Below, in pieces: positions 1 to 9,898 of a DNA stretch of 22,943 nucleotides (position 1 is its first letter; every line of letters begins with the position of its first letter). The notes beneath the pieces are model-generated. The model was not told the DNA's origin. It searched no databases and saw only the letters and a program-made list of their open reading frames with translations. The stretch is from Thelocarpon superellum. Taxonomy: Eukaryota. Location: assembly GCA_026025795.1 (NCBI GenBank), contig JAPEUG010000026.1, forward strand, positions 62,001 through 84,943, read 5' to 3'. A program made the translations under genes and the position numbers.

Positions 1-2117
1 CTCGATTCCAACCCCACTTCTCCTTCAGCTCCGTGTGGAGGAACCCTACCCGCCATCCCGTCTCCTTCTTGATTCGGTCGATGATCTGCAATACCTCCTC
101 TTGCTCTCGCCGCACCACCAGGCATTCGGCGGCGATGGCCAAGGATCGGAGTGCCACGCTCGCAACGCCCCTGGTCACGTCAGAACTGAGCATGTCAGGA
201 TGCGCATCACCGTACCGATCTTTGACGTGCGCCGTGATGCCGCAGATGTGATGCGAATGTGATTGCTGCATCACATGCATCTCCTCGCTATCTTTCGACA
301 CCAGCGGATTCATCTGCGAGAGCAAACACATGGCCGTGTGATAAAAGAGTCGGGCCACGATCGTCGTTCGTTTGATCAGCCTGGCCTGTCAGCGGCGTGC
401 ATCGCTCGAGGGATGCGTCACCTACCAAACCTCAGGAAAAGACGACTTCAGCGTCGTCTGGTACGGGTACAGATAGGCCATGGGATGCATCGTCCGGGGG
501 ATGTTCTCGTTCCACGAGTCACACCACTCCTTCAACTTCTTCCACTCGCCGTATCGCTTCTGCAACCGCGCCTGCTCGTCCCGTGGATCCGCTTCCTGAA
601 ATCGAGGAATCGACGCGCGGAAGTTGGCCACCTTGCCCACGATGTAGAGCATCCGGTGCGTCCACACCTCCTCCCGTCCAATCTCGGTCTCGCGCGAAAA
701 GTCCATGTCCAGCCCCCAGTCATCCGGTTCCCACGAGGCTTGCCAGTTGAAGTGGAGGCAGCTCAGCACCTCCAGTCCCACGTTCAGCCAGAAGCACGCG
801 GCGCCGATGCCCGTCGACCGCGCGCTCCAGTTACACTCCTTGATCAGCGCTCGCGCCCCAGCGATGTGGTTCATGCGTTGCAGCGCGCGCTCGGACATGA
901 CTTCGTACACGTTCAAGATGACGGCCGTCGTGGCGCAAATGACCACGTCGCGATTCGGGTCCTGTAGCGACTTGAGCAAGCCCCGCGTCGCCGTGTCGTA
1001 GTAATGTAGCGCCTTATCCTCGTGGTAGGCCGGGTTGACCAGGGTCAGATGGCGCGCGCCGCAGGCGAGGAAGGCGTTCAGCAACATGGGTTCGCCGAGC
1101 GAGTGGAAGGGTAGAAGCCGGGAGAAGTGCTTCAACGGATCGAGACTGTCCATCCAGATGCCCACCTCTTCCACAAAGACCTGCATGAAGAGAACTTCCT
1201 CGGGCGAGTGGAGGTAGTCTTGCGTGTCATTAGGTGGCGTCAGCGTTTGCTCGGGATTGCTGTAGGAGGGCTGGGCAGGCGGATAGCTGCCGGTGGAATA
1301 GCTGCCGGATTCGCTCGTCGAGTTGGTGTGGTTGTGATGGCTTTCGCGGGCCTGCTCGCCCAGGGATGTAGGATTGGATTCGGGGTAAGTTTGGATGGCG
1401 GGGAGGGCGGGTTGTGACAAGGAGAGATCGGCATTGACGCCGTTGGTAAAGTCAAACGACGACTCGGGCTTGGGCACGCTGGCCTGATTCTGGCCCAGCG
1501 CCGCATAGCGCTCGAAGCCGCCACGGTACTCCGAGGCAATATCGCACGACTCATCGCGAAACCCCACTAGACCGCCAGCGTCAGTGGGAGCAGTGGCAGC
1601 GCAGGCAGTGACGATCTTCTCACCTTCCCAATCGTTCGTCACAGGCACAATAGGCGGAGATCGCACTTGGGTATCGATGAAGTTCAGCCGGACGCCGCGC
1701 TTGCAGATCCGATTCGACTTGCGGCAGTTCTGTTTTTCCGTCAGTCATGCCTCATGGCGACAGCGCCTCGAGCGACGCCCACCTGGCAGTGCGGTAATCC
1801 TTCGTCACCTGTGTCGCCAGGTATCAGCGCAAGCTTCCTAAGTGCCAACCCCTCGGCCAGTACTCACACTTTAGATGTCGTTCGCGACAGGTCAGGCTAC
1901 AAGACCTTGGTCAGTACTTTGTGTGGGGCGGAGGGTGGAGGATGGGGGGCGTAAATGAGCTCACCATCCTAGAGCATGTTAGCAAGGTCCATGAACATTC
2001 GTCCTCCGTCACTTTCGCTCCTCACGAACCTGTTCGCACTCTCTTGGGTCGGTTGGAGGCTGGCGTGGTGTCTGCAGCGGCGGCAACACCGATACCATTG
2101 GTCTCCGTCGCCGCCAT
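1..2117 (-). CDS. Zn(II)2Cys6 (GAL4-like) fungal transcription factor, 3' end truncated by window. Exons: 2117-2030, 1968-1965, 1896-1868, 1808-1783, 1729-1624, 1566-426, 380-216, 170-<1
   Basis: Splicing seven GT-AG introns with CTRAY branch sites gives MAATETNG...[49 protein letters not shown] (C-x2-C-x6-C-x6-C-x2-C-x6-C), then a fungal TF middle region (EEVLFMQVFVEEVGIWMDSLD...LLNAFLACGARHL...FPEVWLIKRTTIVARLFYHTA). Phases agree at every junction; an in-frame TGA directly precedes ATG 2117. Confidence 0.93.
1965..1968 (-). other. 4-nt micro-exon (GATG) of the Zn2Cys6 gene
   Basis: Minus strand reads ACA G|gttcgt...gctaac..ctag|GATG|gtgagc...actgac...gtag|C CTG. The four bases complete the Gly codon and begin the first zinc-ligand Cys codon of RTGC; skipping them frameshifts the gene. 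Confidence 0.88.
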
Positions 2118-2686
2118 TCAGGGGTGGTCGAGGGCAATGGCGGACGAGTCGGTGCGCCGGCAGGCACGACGGTGCTCGCCGTTCGCAAGGGTGGACCGCG
2201 TGTTCAGCTCGAGCAGGACCGCGGGCGATGACAGAGGGTCGAAGTGGGTCGAGCTTCTGCACAAGCCGACCCGTGGCGGTGGCACGGGAGGTGTCGAGCA
2301 AGGCGCGAATTGAGCCTTCGTCAGGGTAGGGGGCCAAGCAAGAGTCAGGTAGAACGGGGATTTAATCGGTCGCAAAAGTCGAGGGTCGAGGGTGAGAGGG
2401 TGAGAGGTCAAGGGTCGCAGCCAGGACGGATGCCCCGCGCAAAGGCGATCAGCACGCAGGATCAGCAGCGATGCAGATTGGCGATCGGGTGGCGACCGCG
2501 TCGTTTCTCGACCTCGATGCGGGTGCTGGTGCTGATGCTGGTGCTGGAAATCCCGGGCACGGCCTGGTGTGGTATGCGGCACGTCTGGGCAAGATGAGGA
2601 GACATGCGAACAATGTGCAAGCAACTCTTTTGGAAAGTGAGAGCAGGTACGAGTACGGCGTGGCTACGATGAACTATGAGGAGCTG

Positions 2687-2806
2687 CAAGGACCTACAAG
2701 GACCTACGCTCAAGGACCATATCCCAGGTAGGCGTAGTCGGACCAGTAGCGGTGGTAATGGTAGTGGTGGTGGCTGCGGTAATGGTCGCCGTAGCGGTCG
2801 CAGTAG
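2687..2806. repeat. Short tandem repeat (CAAGGACCTA x2 plus CAAGGACCA) followed by a degenerate GTA/GTG/GCG 3-periodic low-complexity tract
   Basis: Copies at 2687-2696, 2697-2706 and 2711-2719; GGTAGTGGTGGTGG-type tract about 2728-2806. Confidence 0.6.
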
Positions 2807-4281
2807 GCTTCGGCTCTAGTTATTGGACATGACCAAACAGTGACGAATCCCGGTGGACGGGCAAAGGGCCGAGAAGAAAGGGTCAAGGGCGAAAGATGGA
2901 ACGGTGAAGAGTGCAAGGTGCAGAGGTGCGAGCGCATGGGTAAGGGTGGAAGCGCCTTTAGCCAAGTCTCCGGGCCCACGCTCTTGCGGTATGACGGTAA
3001 TACGGGTGCAATCCGTGCACTCATTCGTCACCCTGCTCCCTCGCTTCCTGCGTTTCCTCGTCCAAGGGGGCGACCTAGACTGGCCGGTCGGCAGCGCCGG
3101 CCTTGGCGAAGCCGTCGAGCTATGTTACCGCCGACCCAGATTCCATATCCATGTCTCTTCCGACCTCGCTCCGCCCCAGCTGGACATGGAGCACAAACGG
3201 GTACGACGTCTTACGGTACATGGCCTTTGTGCGATCGACCGTGGCTCAACCAACAGCCCGCACGTGCCGAGAGGAGACCAAAGATCCCCCAAGGAGTTGG
3301 GAGTGACAAGCAAGACGAGTTCGATTGTGCCGCTGAGCCCTCCTCAAGTATAACTAGTAGGCTTAGGGGTCCCAGGTCCTGAACATGGAATACGTCAGAC
3401 TGGAGGCCAGACTACGCCCGGTAGATGGTTCAGGGTTGATCAAGGAAGAGATCTTTCGATCAGCCTCCGACACCAACGCCATTGCTTCCATGAAGCATCC
3501 ATCGACATCAATCGATCCGCTGATGGACATGTGCCGTGGTAAGATCACGCGCGTACGTGTATCTCTTCGGTGCTTCCAGTCCAAGCGACTCCTCGCCGAG
3601 CCTCCCGTACCCGCTACCCGTACCCGTCCCAGTCCGTCTTCGATGGCAGAAATTGAGTTGAAGTGCATCGACGCGATCCGACTCGGTTCCGCTCGGATCC
3701 ACGCGACTCATCGGCTACTAGGACTAGTATCGTTCCAGTCACACCACGCCGTGGGACGGCCTCAACTGCGAGTACGAAACGTACAGTCACTCGGACTTTG
3801 CGAAGAGGGGAGGAAAGGTGTGAACCAATTGTTCCATCCATTCGCCACGCTGTACATGATGGGTGGCGTACTACCACCGCATCATTGGATCTGGGGCCCC
3901 AGTCTGGGCACGTAGGTGGGCATGCAGGCACAAGATTTCAAAATGGGACCTCCGCAGACGATGATGTCGCGGTGCCGTGGTGATAATTTCGGTGATTGTC
4001 GCCTTCACCGGCTGGCAAAGGCGTATCGAGGGAGCACCTGCCTGCCTGCCAGTCTCGTCGGTTTCTGTGACTTCGTTGCCCCGTGCAGCAAAAGACGCCA
4101 GATAAGGCGATTCTTGGCACGGGAGACTAGACCACTTAAACACAAAAGGCCTGCAACATACTTGATCTCTCGTACATCAATAAATGGAGGAGTCAAGTCT
4201 GAGTCCACTTGTCGCGCAGCAGAGAAGTCAGTAGGTGCGAGCCTTTGGATATGGACCGCTCTCCCATCATGACCCAAAACG

Positions 4282-4294
4282 AAACCCTAACCCT
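4282..4294 (+). promoter_or_regulatory. Telobox-like element AAACCCTAACCCT just upstream of the ASA1 start codon
   Basis: Two units of telomeric (CCCTAA)n register ending 5 nt before ATG 4300. Function is inferred only. Confidence 0.3.
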
Positions 4295-4299
4295 CCATA

Positions 4300-5824
4300 A
4301 TGCCAATATCACCAAGCAACCAAACATCCACCACGGAGGACGATAAACCCCAAGGGCCCGCTCAGCCCATCTATGTCCTGCGCGGACATGCGGCGGCGGT
4401 GCACAGCGTGTGTTTCACCCGACACAACGCTCACCTGGTCGCGGGCGATGCCGAAGGTTGGATCGTCATCTGGAGCATCTCAAGCAAAAGACCTATCGCT
4501 GTATGGAAGGCACATGAGAACGCTATGCTGGGTGCGGCCGAGTGGGGACACTCTCGCATCATCACGTCGGTCATTCCATTCCTATGAAGCGTCATTCCCA
4601 TGAAGCGGTGTGCCAAGGACTAACGACGATACAACTCGTAGCCACGGACGGGATAGTAGATTGTACGTCTGGCAATATGATGCGGACAACACCCTCGGAT
4701 ACTTGAGTACGGCATTGCCCGTCGATGATCTGGCACCGACTCGATCGCCACCGTGGCTGTACCATGCGCTCTATGTCAACACGTTGAATTTCTGTTCCTT
4801 TTCCTCTTGTGAGGATCGGCTAGCCTCTGCTCCCAGTGGGACGTATCCAAGTACAGCTCCCGGTGACGACCGACTGTGTCCAATTCTCGTGGCCGTCCCA
4901 GGTGCATTGGATTCAGATGGCGTGAGTACCGGCGGAAGATGGCTGCTTGACGTGTCACTAACCTAGCAAGATTGACGTTCATTGTCTGCCGTCCGAGACC
5001 CGTCTGCGTGGCATTCCAAGCGACTCGTCCATCAAGACCGGTACCAGACATTCGCCGCCCTGTATCACACGTGCTGATGAATACGATAGGAATGGTAATG
5101 GCTCTCCGCATCTTCCATGACGGCGCCCATCTCCGAATAGCAGCGGGATACGAAAGCGGACACACGATGTTGTTCCAGCACGAGGCTGCCAGCCAGAAAT
5201 GGAACCGTCTGTATGCCTCACAGCCGCATTCTCAACCTGGTGGGTTCCCGCACTCATCACCCATCATACTTGATACCATCTCATTGATCTGACACGCTCG
5301 ACTCAGTTCTCTCCCTCGACATTAACATTCCTCAATCGACATTCTACACTTCCTCCGCTGACGCTATCATCGCAATGCACACTCTGTCCCCACAGTCTTC
5401 CCTCTTTCCTTCTCCGTCTTCCCCCCAAAGAACTATACAGCCCGTGTCGAGCACCTCAGTAGTAAAACCGCTCAGAATGGGCCAAACAAAACATGCAGGA
5501 CAACAAGGTCTCCGTGTCCGAAACGACGGCAAGGTCTTTGCTACGGCAGGCTGGGACAGCCGCGTACGCGTCTACGCGACCAAGTCGCTGCGTGAGCTGG
5601 CGGTCTTGAAATGGCATTCTGATGGGTGTTACAGTGTTGACTTTGCGGATGTCACGGACGCCAAAGGGAAACATGGAGTCGAAGAGAGGGAACAGAAGGA
5701 AGAGGGCACAGTGGTGACGAGATCATCAGAGGCGCAACGGCGGAGAATGCAGAAAGACCAATCTACCCATTGGTTGGCTGCTGGCTCGAAAGACGGCAAG
5801 GTCTCATTGTGGGATATCTACTGA
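4300..5824 (+). CDS. ASA1: ASTRA-associated WD40 protein Asa1 (about 427 aa). Exons: 4300-4565, 4642-4921, 4971-5040, 5090-5239, 5307-5824
   Basis: WD40 motifs typical of fungal Asa1: PIYVLRGHAAAVHSVCF, W..HENAMLG, ITHGRDSRLYVWQ, VNTLNFCSF, KTGMVMAL, AAGYESG, HSQPVLSLD, TKHAGQQGLRVRNDGKVFATAGWDSRVRVY, HWLAAGSKDGKVSLWDIY. Four GT-AG introns (76, 49, 49, 67 nt) give a 1284-nt frame. Confidence 0.92.
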
Positions 5825-5877
5825 ATCTTCATGAATGATGCAAGGAGGAACTTGAAACTCCACTAAGAACTCATCTC

Positions 5878-8208
5878 CTATCCGATGTTGAACTCCGAAA
5901 TGCTCGACATGTGCTCCTTCATCTTCGCCCGCATCTTCTTGGCTGCCGCGTCGGCATCGGCAGTCGTCGAGGCTGCGCCGAGCGCTGTTCGATCGCCACC
6001 TCGGGAATCACGGCGCTGTGATGGTGTAGCAGTAGCCGTGACGTGGGTTCCGCCTCGTACCCCTCCACCCGCCCGTTGAGTCCCACCCTTGGAGTCACCC
6101 TTCGTACGCTGACTTGGGCCTTGGATACTCCCTGGCTTCTCACGGAGGGCAAAGCTCTTAGCCAAGTGGCCGAGATGCAGGCTCTTGATACTGAACATGG
6201 CACGTTCGGAAGCAACGTGGGTGGCGTATGCACGGACGTGACTCTGGAATGCTCGCCGTGCCATCTCGAGGTATCGTGGATGATCGAGCGCCCACCGTTC
6301 GGCGTCTAATTGCCATTCTGTTGCCCGCTCATCCCAATCTCGGCCGCCGCCAGGGCCCGTCGAGCCGAAACCCTTCTTCAAGAGTTCGGGGGAATCGTGT
6401 CGAGCCACTCCACTTGGCCCACCCTCACGTTGATGCCTGTGGTGGAGCACAGAGACATAGCCCTCTTCGTCACCGGGCATGAGGAAAATGATGGCGCGAC
6501 CATCACGACCAGCACGTGCCGTGCGACCAACACGATGCAAATGGTCGTCGGGGTTGAACGGCGGGTCGTACTCGACAACGAGATCGACGTTGGGTAGGTC
6601 TAGGCCTCGAGAAGCCACGTCGGTGCAGATCAGGACACTGGCCGTCTTACTATTCTTGAACGCCGAGAGCGTCGATGTTCGAACAGGTTGCGTCAAAGAG
6701 CCATGAAGCCGATGAAGAGTGACGAGGTTCTCAGGGCTCGAGAGCGCCGGAGCAGGCGAGGTGGTAGCGGTAGTCGCAGTCGCGGTGGCCGTTGATCCCT
6801 CCTGCGATGCAGGTCGGGTAAAGAGCTCAAAGTGAAAGTCAACCGAGTCGGCGCACGAGATGAAGACGACGGCCTTGGTCACGGAGCCTCGTCGGTAGAA
6901 AGCCCTTCGGAGAACGGCCACGAGAGTGACCAGCCGGAGCTTGGCGGGGACCACGGCATACGACTGTTTGAGCTGCAGCGGGGCAGTGAAATTATCGTCC
7001 GAGTCCCCTCCGCTGCGGGCCCCTTCGCTTGTCTCCTCGGAGGGGTCAGCCTTCAAGTGAACGGCATCTTTCAAACTGATCTCGCCGAGTCGCTGTACAT
7101 TGAGCTTCAACGTGGCTGAACAGAGCACCGTGACTCGTCGGTCGGGTAGTGGCGACTCAGGGTGATGGGGCAGCCTCGAAAATCGACTTCGCTGGCCCAG
7201 CTTAGCCACGATGCCCTGAAGCTCCTCCTCAAATCCCAATTCCATCAGCCGATCTCCTTCATCCAGCACCAGCCAGCGCACGCGGCTCACGTCCAAGACC
7301 TTGGTGTGGTCCAGATGGTCTGCAAGACGGCCGGGCGTGGCCACGAGAATGTTGAGGCCTTTCCGCAGCCGGGCCTTCTCCGATTTCTTCTTCTCCCCCC
7401 CGATCACGGTGCCCGCAACGATCCAGTGGGCGCAACGTAGTACACTCTCCAGCACGACTGAGATTTGCTTGCACAATTCTCGTGTCGGAGCAAGAATGAT
7501 GGCGAAGAGACCTGAATCGCGATGCAACCTCCCGTCGCCGTCCACCGCCGTCTCATGAGGTTGCCGCGAAATGTCCATGATGCGTTGAACGATGGGAAGC
7601 AAATATGCCAGGGTCTTTCCGGACCCTGTCTCAGCCTGGACAAAGGCATCCGAGTCATCCTTGATCAGCTGCGAAATAGTTGCCTTCTGGATGGAGGTGG
7701 GGTTCTTCAGCTTCATCTTGGTCAAGAGATGGGCCGAGAGCGAGGTCGAGAGCCCGAGATTTGAAAAGGACGAGATCCCATCCGGGAGTGGGGCGTTCGA
7801 TGGTGCCCCGGTCCCCTCCTCTCGTCCGTCTTTATCTGAAACCGTTCGCGAGGCCGGGTTGAACGAGAACAGCGAGGAGATGACTTCACCATTTCGTTCT
7901 TTTGGCAGACTTCTCGATTGGTGAGTCGTAGGCCCATGTCTAGTACCACTGTGCTTTGCAGACATGTCATGAGACGATGAAACGGCCGACTCGACCCGAA
8001 TCCTCTTCCGTGCACGTTCCGGGCCATCGTCACTGATCGGCGGCTGCGTGACGTTGGCAGATGGTAGGGCTGTCGGGGGTGGACGTTGCCGGGACCCTGT
8101 TCGTGCCTGGAGCCGATCTCTCCACTTGCCTCCCTTGAGGCTTGGCCCCGCGTGTATTGGGCCGTCACCAAGGGAGATATTCAACAACATGCCATCGGTG
8201 TCAGCCAT
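5878..8208 (-). CDS. DBP7: ATP-dependent DEAD-box RNA helicase Dbp7 (60S biogenesis), 776 aa, single exon
   Basis: Q motif (PTSIQ), AETGSGKT, PTREL, TPGRL, DEGD (the Dbp7 variant), SAT, HRVGRTARAG; Dbp7-typical DGMLLN N-terminus, EKKKSEKARLRKG, AFQSHVRAYATH...LHLGHLAKSFALRE and EFNIG end. Confidence 0.96.
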   Translation of the reverse strand: MADTDGMLLNISLGDGPIHAGPSLKGGKWRDRLQARTGSRQRPPPTALPSANVTQPPISDDGPERARKRIRVESAVSSSHDMSAKHSGTRHGPTTHQSRSLPKERNGEVISSLFSFNPASRTVSDKDGREEGTGAPSNAPLPDGISSFSNLGLSTSLSAHLLTKMKLKNPTSIQKATISQLIKDDSDAFVQAETGSGKTLAYLLPIVQRIMDISRQPHETAVDGDGRLHRDSGLFAIILAPTRELCKQISVVLESVLRCAHWIVAGTVIGGEKKKSEKARLRKGLNILVATPGRLADHLDHTKVLDVSRVRWLVLDEGDRLMELGFEEELQGIVAKLGQRSRFSRLPHHPESPLPDRRVTVLCSATLKLNVQRLGEISLKDAVHLKADPSEETSEGARSGGDSDDNFTAPLQLKQSYAVVPAKLRLVTLVAVLRRAFYRRGSVTKAVVFISCADSVDFHFELFTRPASQEGSTATATATTATTSPAPALSSPENLVTLHRLHGSLTQPVRTSTLSAFKNSKTASVLICTDVASRGLDLPNVDLVVEYDPPFNPDDHLHRVGRTARAGRDGRAIIFLMPGDEEGYVSVLHHRHQREGGPSGVARHDSPELLKKGFGSTGPGGGRDWDERATEWQLDAERWALDHPRYLEMARRAFQSHVRAYATHVASERAMFSIKSLHLGHLAKSFALREKPGSIQGPSQRTKGDSKGGTQRAGGGVRGGTHVTATATPSQRRDSRGGDRTALGAASTTADADAAAKKMRAKMKEHMSSISEFNIG

Positions 8209-8501
8209 CTTGGAGGAGAAGATTAAGAGTCATGTCGTCTGGAGGAACCTCCCGTCGACTCGACGGAATACTTTTGGCCGGCTTCGTGCACTTTTCGTTG
8301 ATGTTGCAGCTCGTCGGATTTCACCGCGCTTGCCTTCAACCATCCGTCGCTTATTGCCAATTGACTTCTCGTCCGTCACGCCCCATCCACCACCACGGCA
8401 CCAACGTCGTCATTCTCCGGTCAACGCAGCAGCATCCATCACGACCCAGGCAGCGAGAACAAGGTCGTTCATGGCGCCACACTGTAGCTTCAATCAGGCG
8501 G

Positions 8502-8508
8502 TGAGTCA
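8502..8508. promoter_or_regulatory. TGAGTCA, candidate Gcn4/CpcA response element in the DBP7-PAN6 divergent spacer
   Basis: Exact TGASTCA about 130 nt upstream of the first PAN6 ATG. A single 7-mer can occur by chance. Confidence 0.35.
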
Positions 8509-8637
8509 AATGTCACGACTCCCGAGGTTTCTCGAAGAGATCGCACCGACTCCCAACCAGAAGAGACCCGATCGAGTTCCACCACGACATCAATCATCAA
8601 GTCGATCCATCTTCGTGCCTCGCGGACGTGCCCGAAC

Positions 8638-9846
8638 ATGCTGCGCACTCTAACTGCATTCTCTGGATATCACCTTCCACCGAGCTTTCCAAAGCGACGT
8701 TTTCCGACCGTGTCAGCTTCCGCCATGGCGACTCCGGTGTCTACTTCGACGGCGAAAATGGCGCCTCCTACGATCCGCATCTTTCGCGATATCCCTCCGC
8801 TGCGTGACTTCCGACGAGCGCTGCTTCGCACCGGACAGACGGTCGGGCTAGTCCCTACCATGGGTGCTCTTCATGCCGGTCATTTGTCTCTCATGCGCAA
8901 GGCGGCCAAGGAGAACGATCATGTCATTGTGAGCGTCTACGTGAACCCGACACAGTTTGGAGCCAACGAGGATCTCGATAGCTATCCACGGACGTGGGAT
9001 GCCGACCTTCAGGCGCTGCAGGATCTTGATGGAGAGCTGGAGCGCGTGCAGCGTGGTGGAAATATCCTCTCCTACCACGGCGGCGGACGCATTGCGGCCA
9101 TTTTTGCACCGACCACCGAGACGATGTATCCCACGCTTCCCCCTTCTTCAGATCCGAATGCCCAGGGCTCCTTTGTGACCATTACGCCGCTTGGCTCGGT
9201 GCTGGAAGGCGCCTCGCGGCCGACCTTCTTCCGTGGTGTGGCCACGGTCTGCATGAAGCTCTTCAACATCGTCACCCCCGACCGCGTGTATTTCGGCCAG
9301 AAGGACATCCAGCAGACGGTCATCATCAAACGCATGGTGAAGGATTTTGGCATGAGCATCGATGTGAGAGTATCACCCACGGAACGAGAGCCCGAGGGAC
9401 TTGCCATGAGTTCCCGGAACGTGTATCTGGGTGAACGGCGGCGGGCCGTGGCCGTGACCCTGTCCAGCGCATTGAAACATGCAGAGACGCAGTATCGCAA
9501 AGGTTACCGGCAACGATCGGACATCCTCGCTCCCTCGTTGGATTTAATCCAAATCAACATCCAGGATCAACTTGAACGCCTGCCATCGCAACGAGCGCGC
9601 CTCGAGTTGGACTACCTCTCCCTCGCCGACATGGAGACCTTGGAGGAGCTCGAGGAGGTTGATGGAAGTCGCGGAGCCATCCTAAGCGGGGCTGTCAAGA
9701 TGCTCCCAATCGAGGAGGCCCAGCTGGGTGAGGACTGTGGCCTGACGGGAGGAGGCTCGCCGGTGCGATTGATCGACAACATCATTCTAGAAGCGGAAGC
9801 GCCTCAGGAATCTTGTCCCCCCAAACGACCCGCCGAGGTAGGGTAA
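8638..9846 (+). CDS. PAN6: Pantoate--beta-alanine ligase (pantothenate synthetase), up to 402 aa; alternative in-frame starts at 8725 and 8758
   Basis: GLVPTMGALHAGHLSL (HxGH), VSVYVNPTQF, LEGASRPTFFRGVATVCMKLFNIV, YFGQKDIQQ, GLAMSSRNVYL, VRLIDNIIL. Confidence 0.96.
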   Translation: MLRTLTAFSGYHLPPSFPKRRFPTVSASAMATPVSTSTAKMAPPTIRIFRDIPPLRDFRRALLRTGQTVGLVPTMGALHAGHLSLMRKAAKENDHVIVSVYVNPTQFGANEDLDSYPRTWDADLQALQDLDGELERVQRGGNILSYHGGGRIAAIFAPTTETMYPTLPPSSDPNAQGSFVTITPLGSVLEGASRPTFFRGVATVCMKLFNIVTPDRVYFGQKDIQQTVIIKRMVKDFGMSIDVRVSPTEREPEGLAMSSRNVYLGERRRAVAVTLSSALKHAETQYRKGYRQRSDILAPSLDLIQINIQDQLERLPSQRARLELDYLSLADMETLEELEEVDGSRGAILSGAVKMLPIEEAQLGEDCGLTGGGSPVRLIDNIILEAEAPQESCPPKRPAEVG

Positions 9847-9898
9847 GTGATCCAGCTTGTAGCAACTCATCATTCCGTGCGATTTGAATCAGGACTTC

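Noticed and set aside
1897..2029. Stwintron (nested intron) explanation for the two introns around GATG
   Set aside because: Removing either intron does not create a new donor or acceptor, and the four bases are needed to encode Gly-Cys.
2118..2624. 168-codon in-frame ORF separated from the transcription factor ATG by one TGA (readthrough extension)
   Set aside because: No ATG, low-complexity translation, and long open frames are common at this GC content.
3385..3915. 176-aa ATG ORF (and neighbours 2840-3382, 2853-3353) in the large spacer
   Set aside because: No recognisable motif or supporting splice structure; not called without homology or expression data.
4282..4294. AACCCTAACCCT as the template of a telomerase RNA
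   Set aside because: A fungal TER extends more than 1 kb 3' of its template, which here is the intact ASA1 coding sequence; no template occurs in the orientation that would use the 2.2-kb spacer.
7244..7270. DEGD instead of DEAD as a sign of an inactive helicase
   Set aside because: DEGD is the normal motif II of fungal Dbp7.
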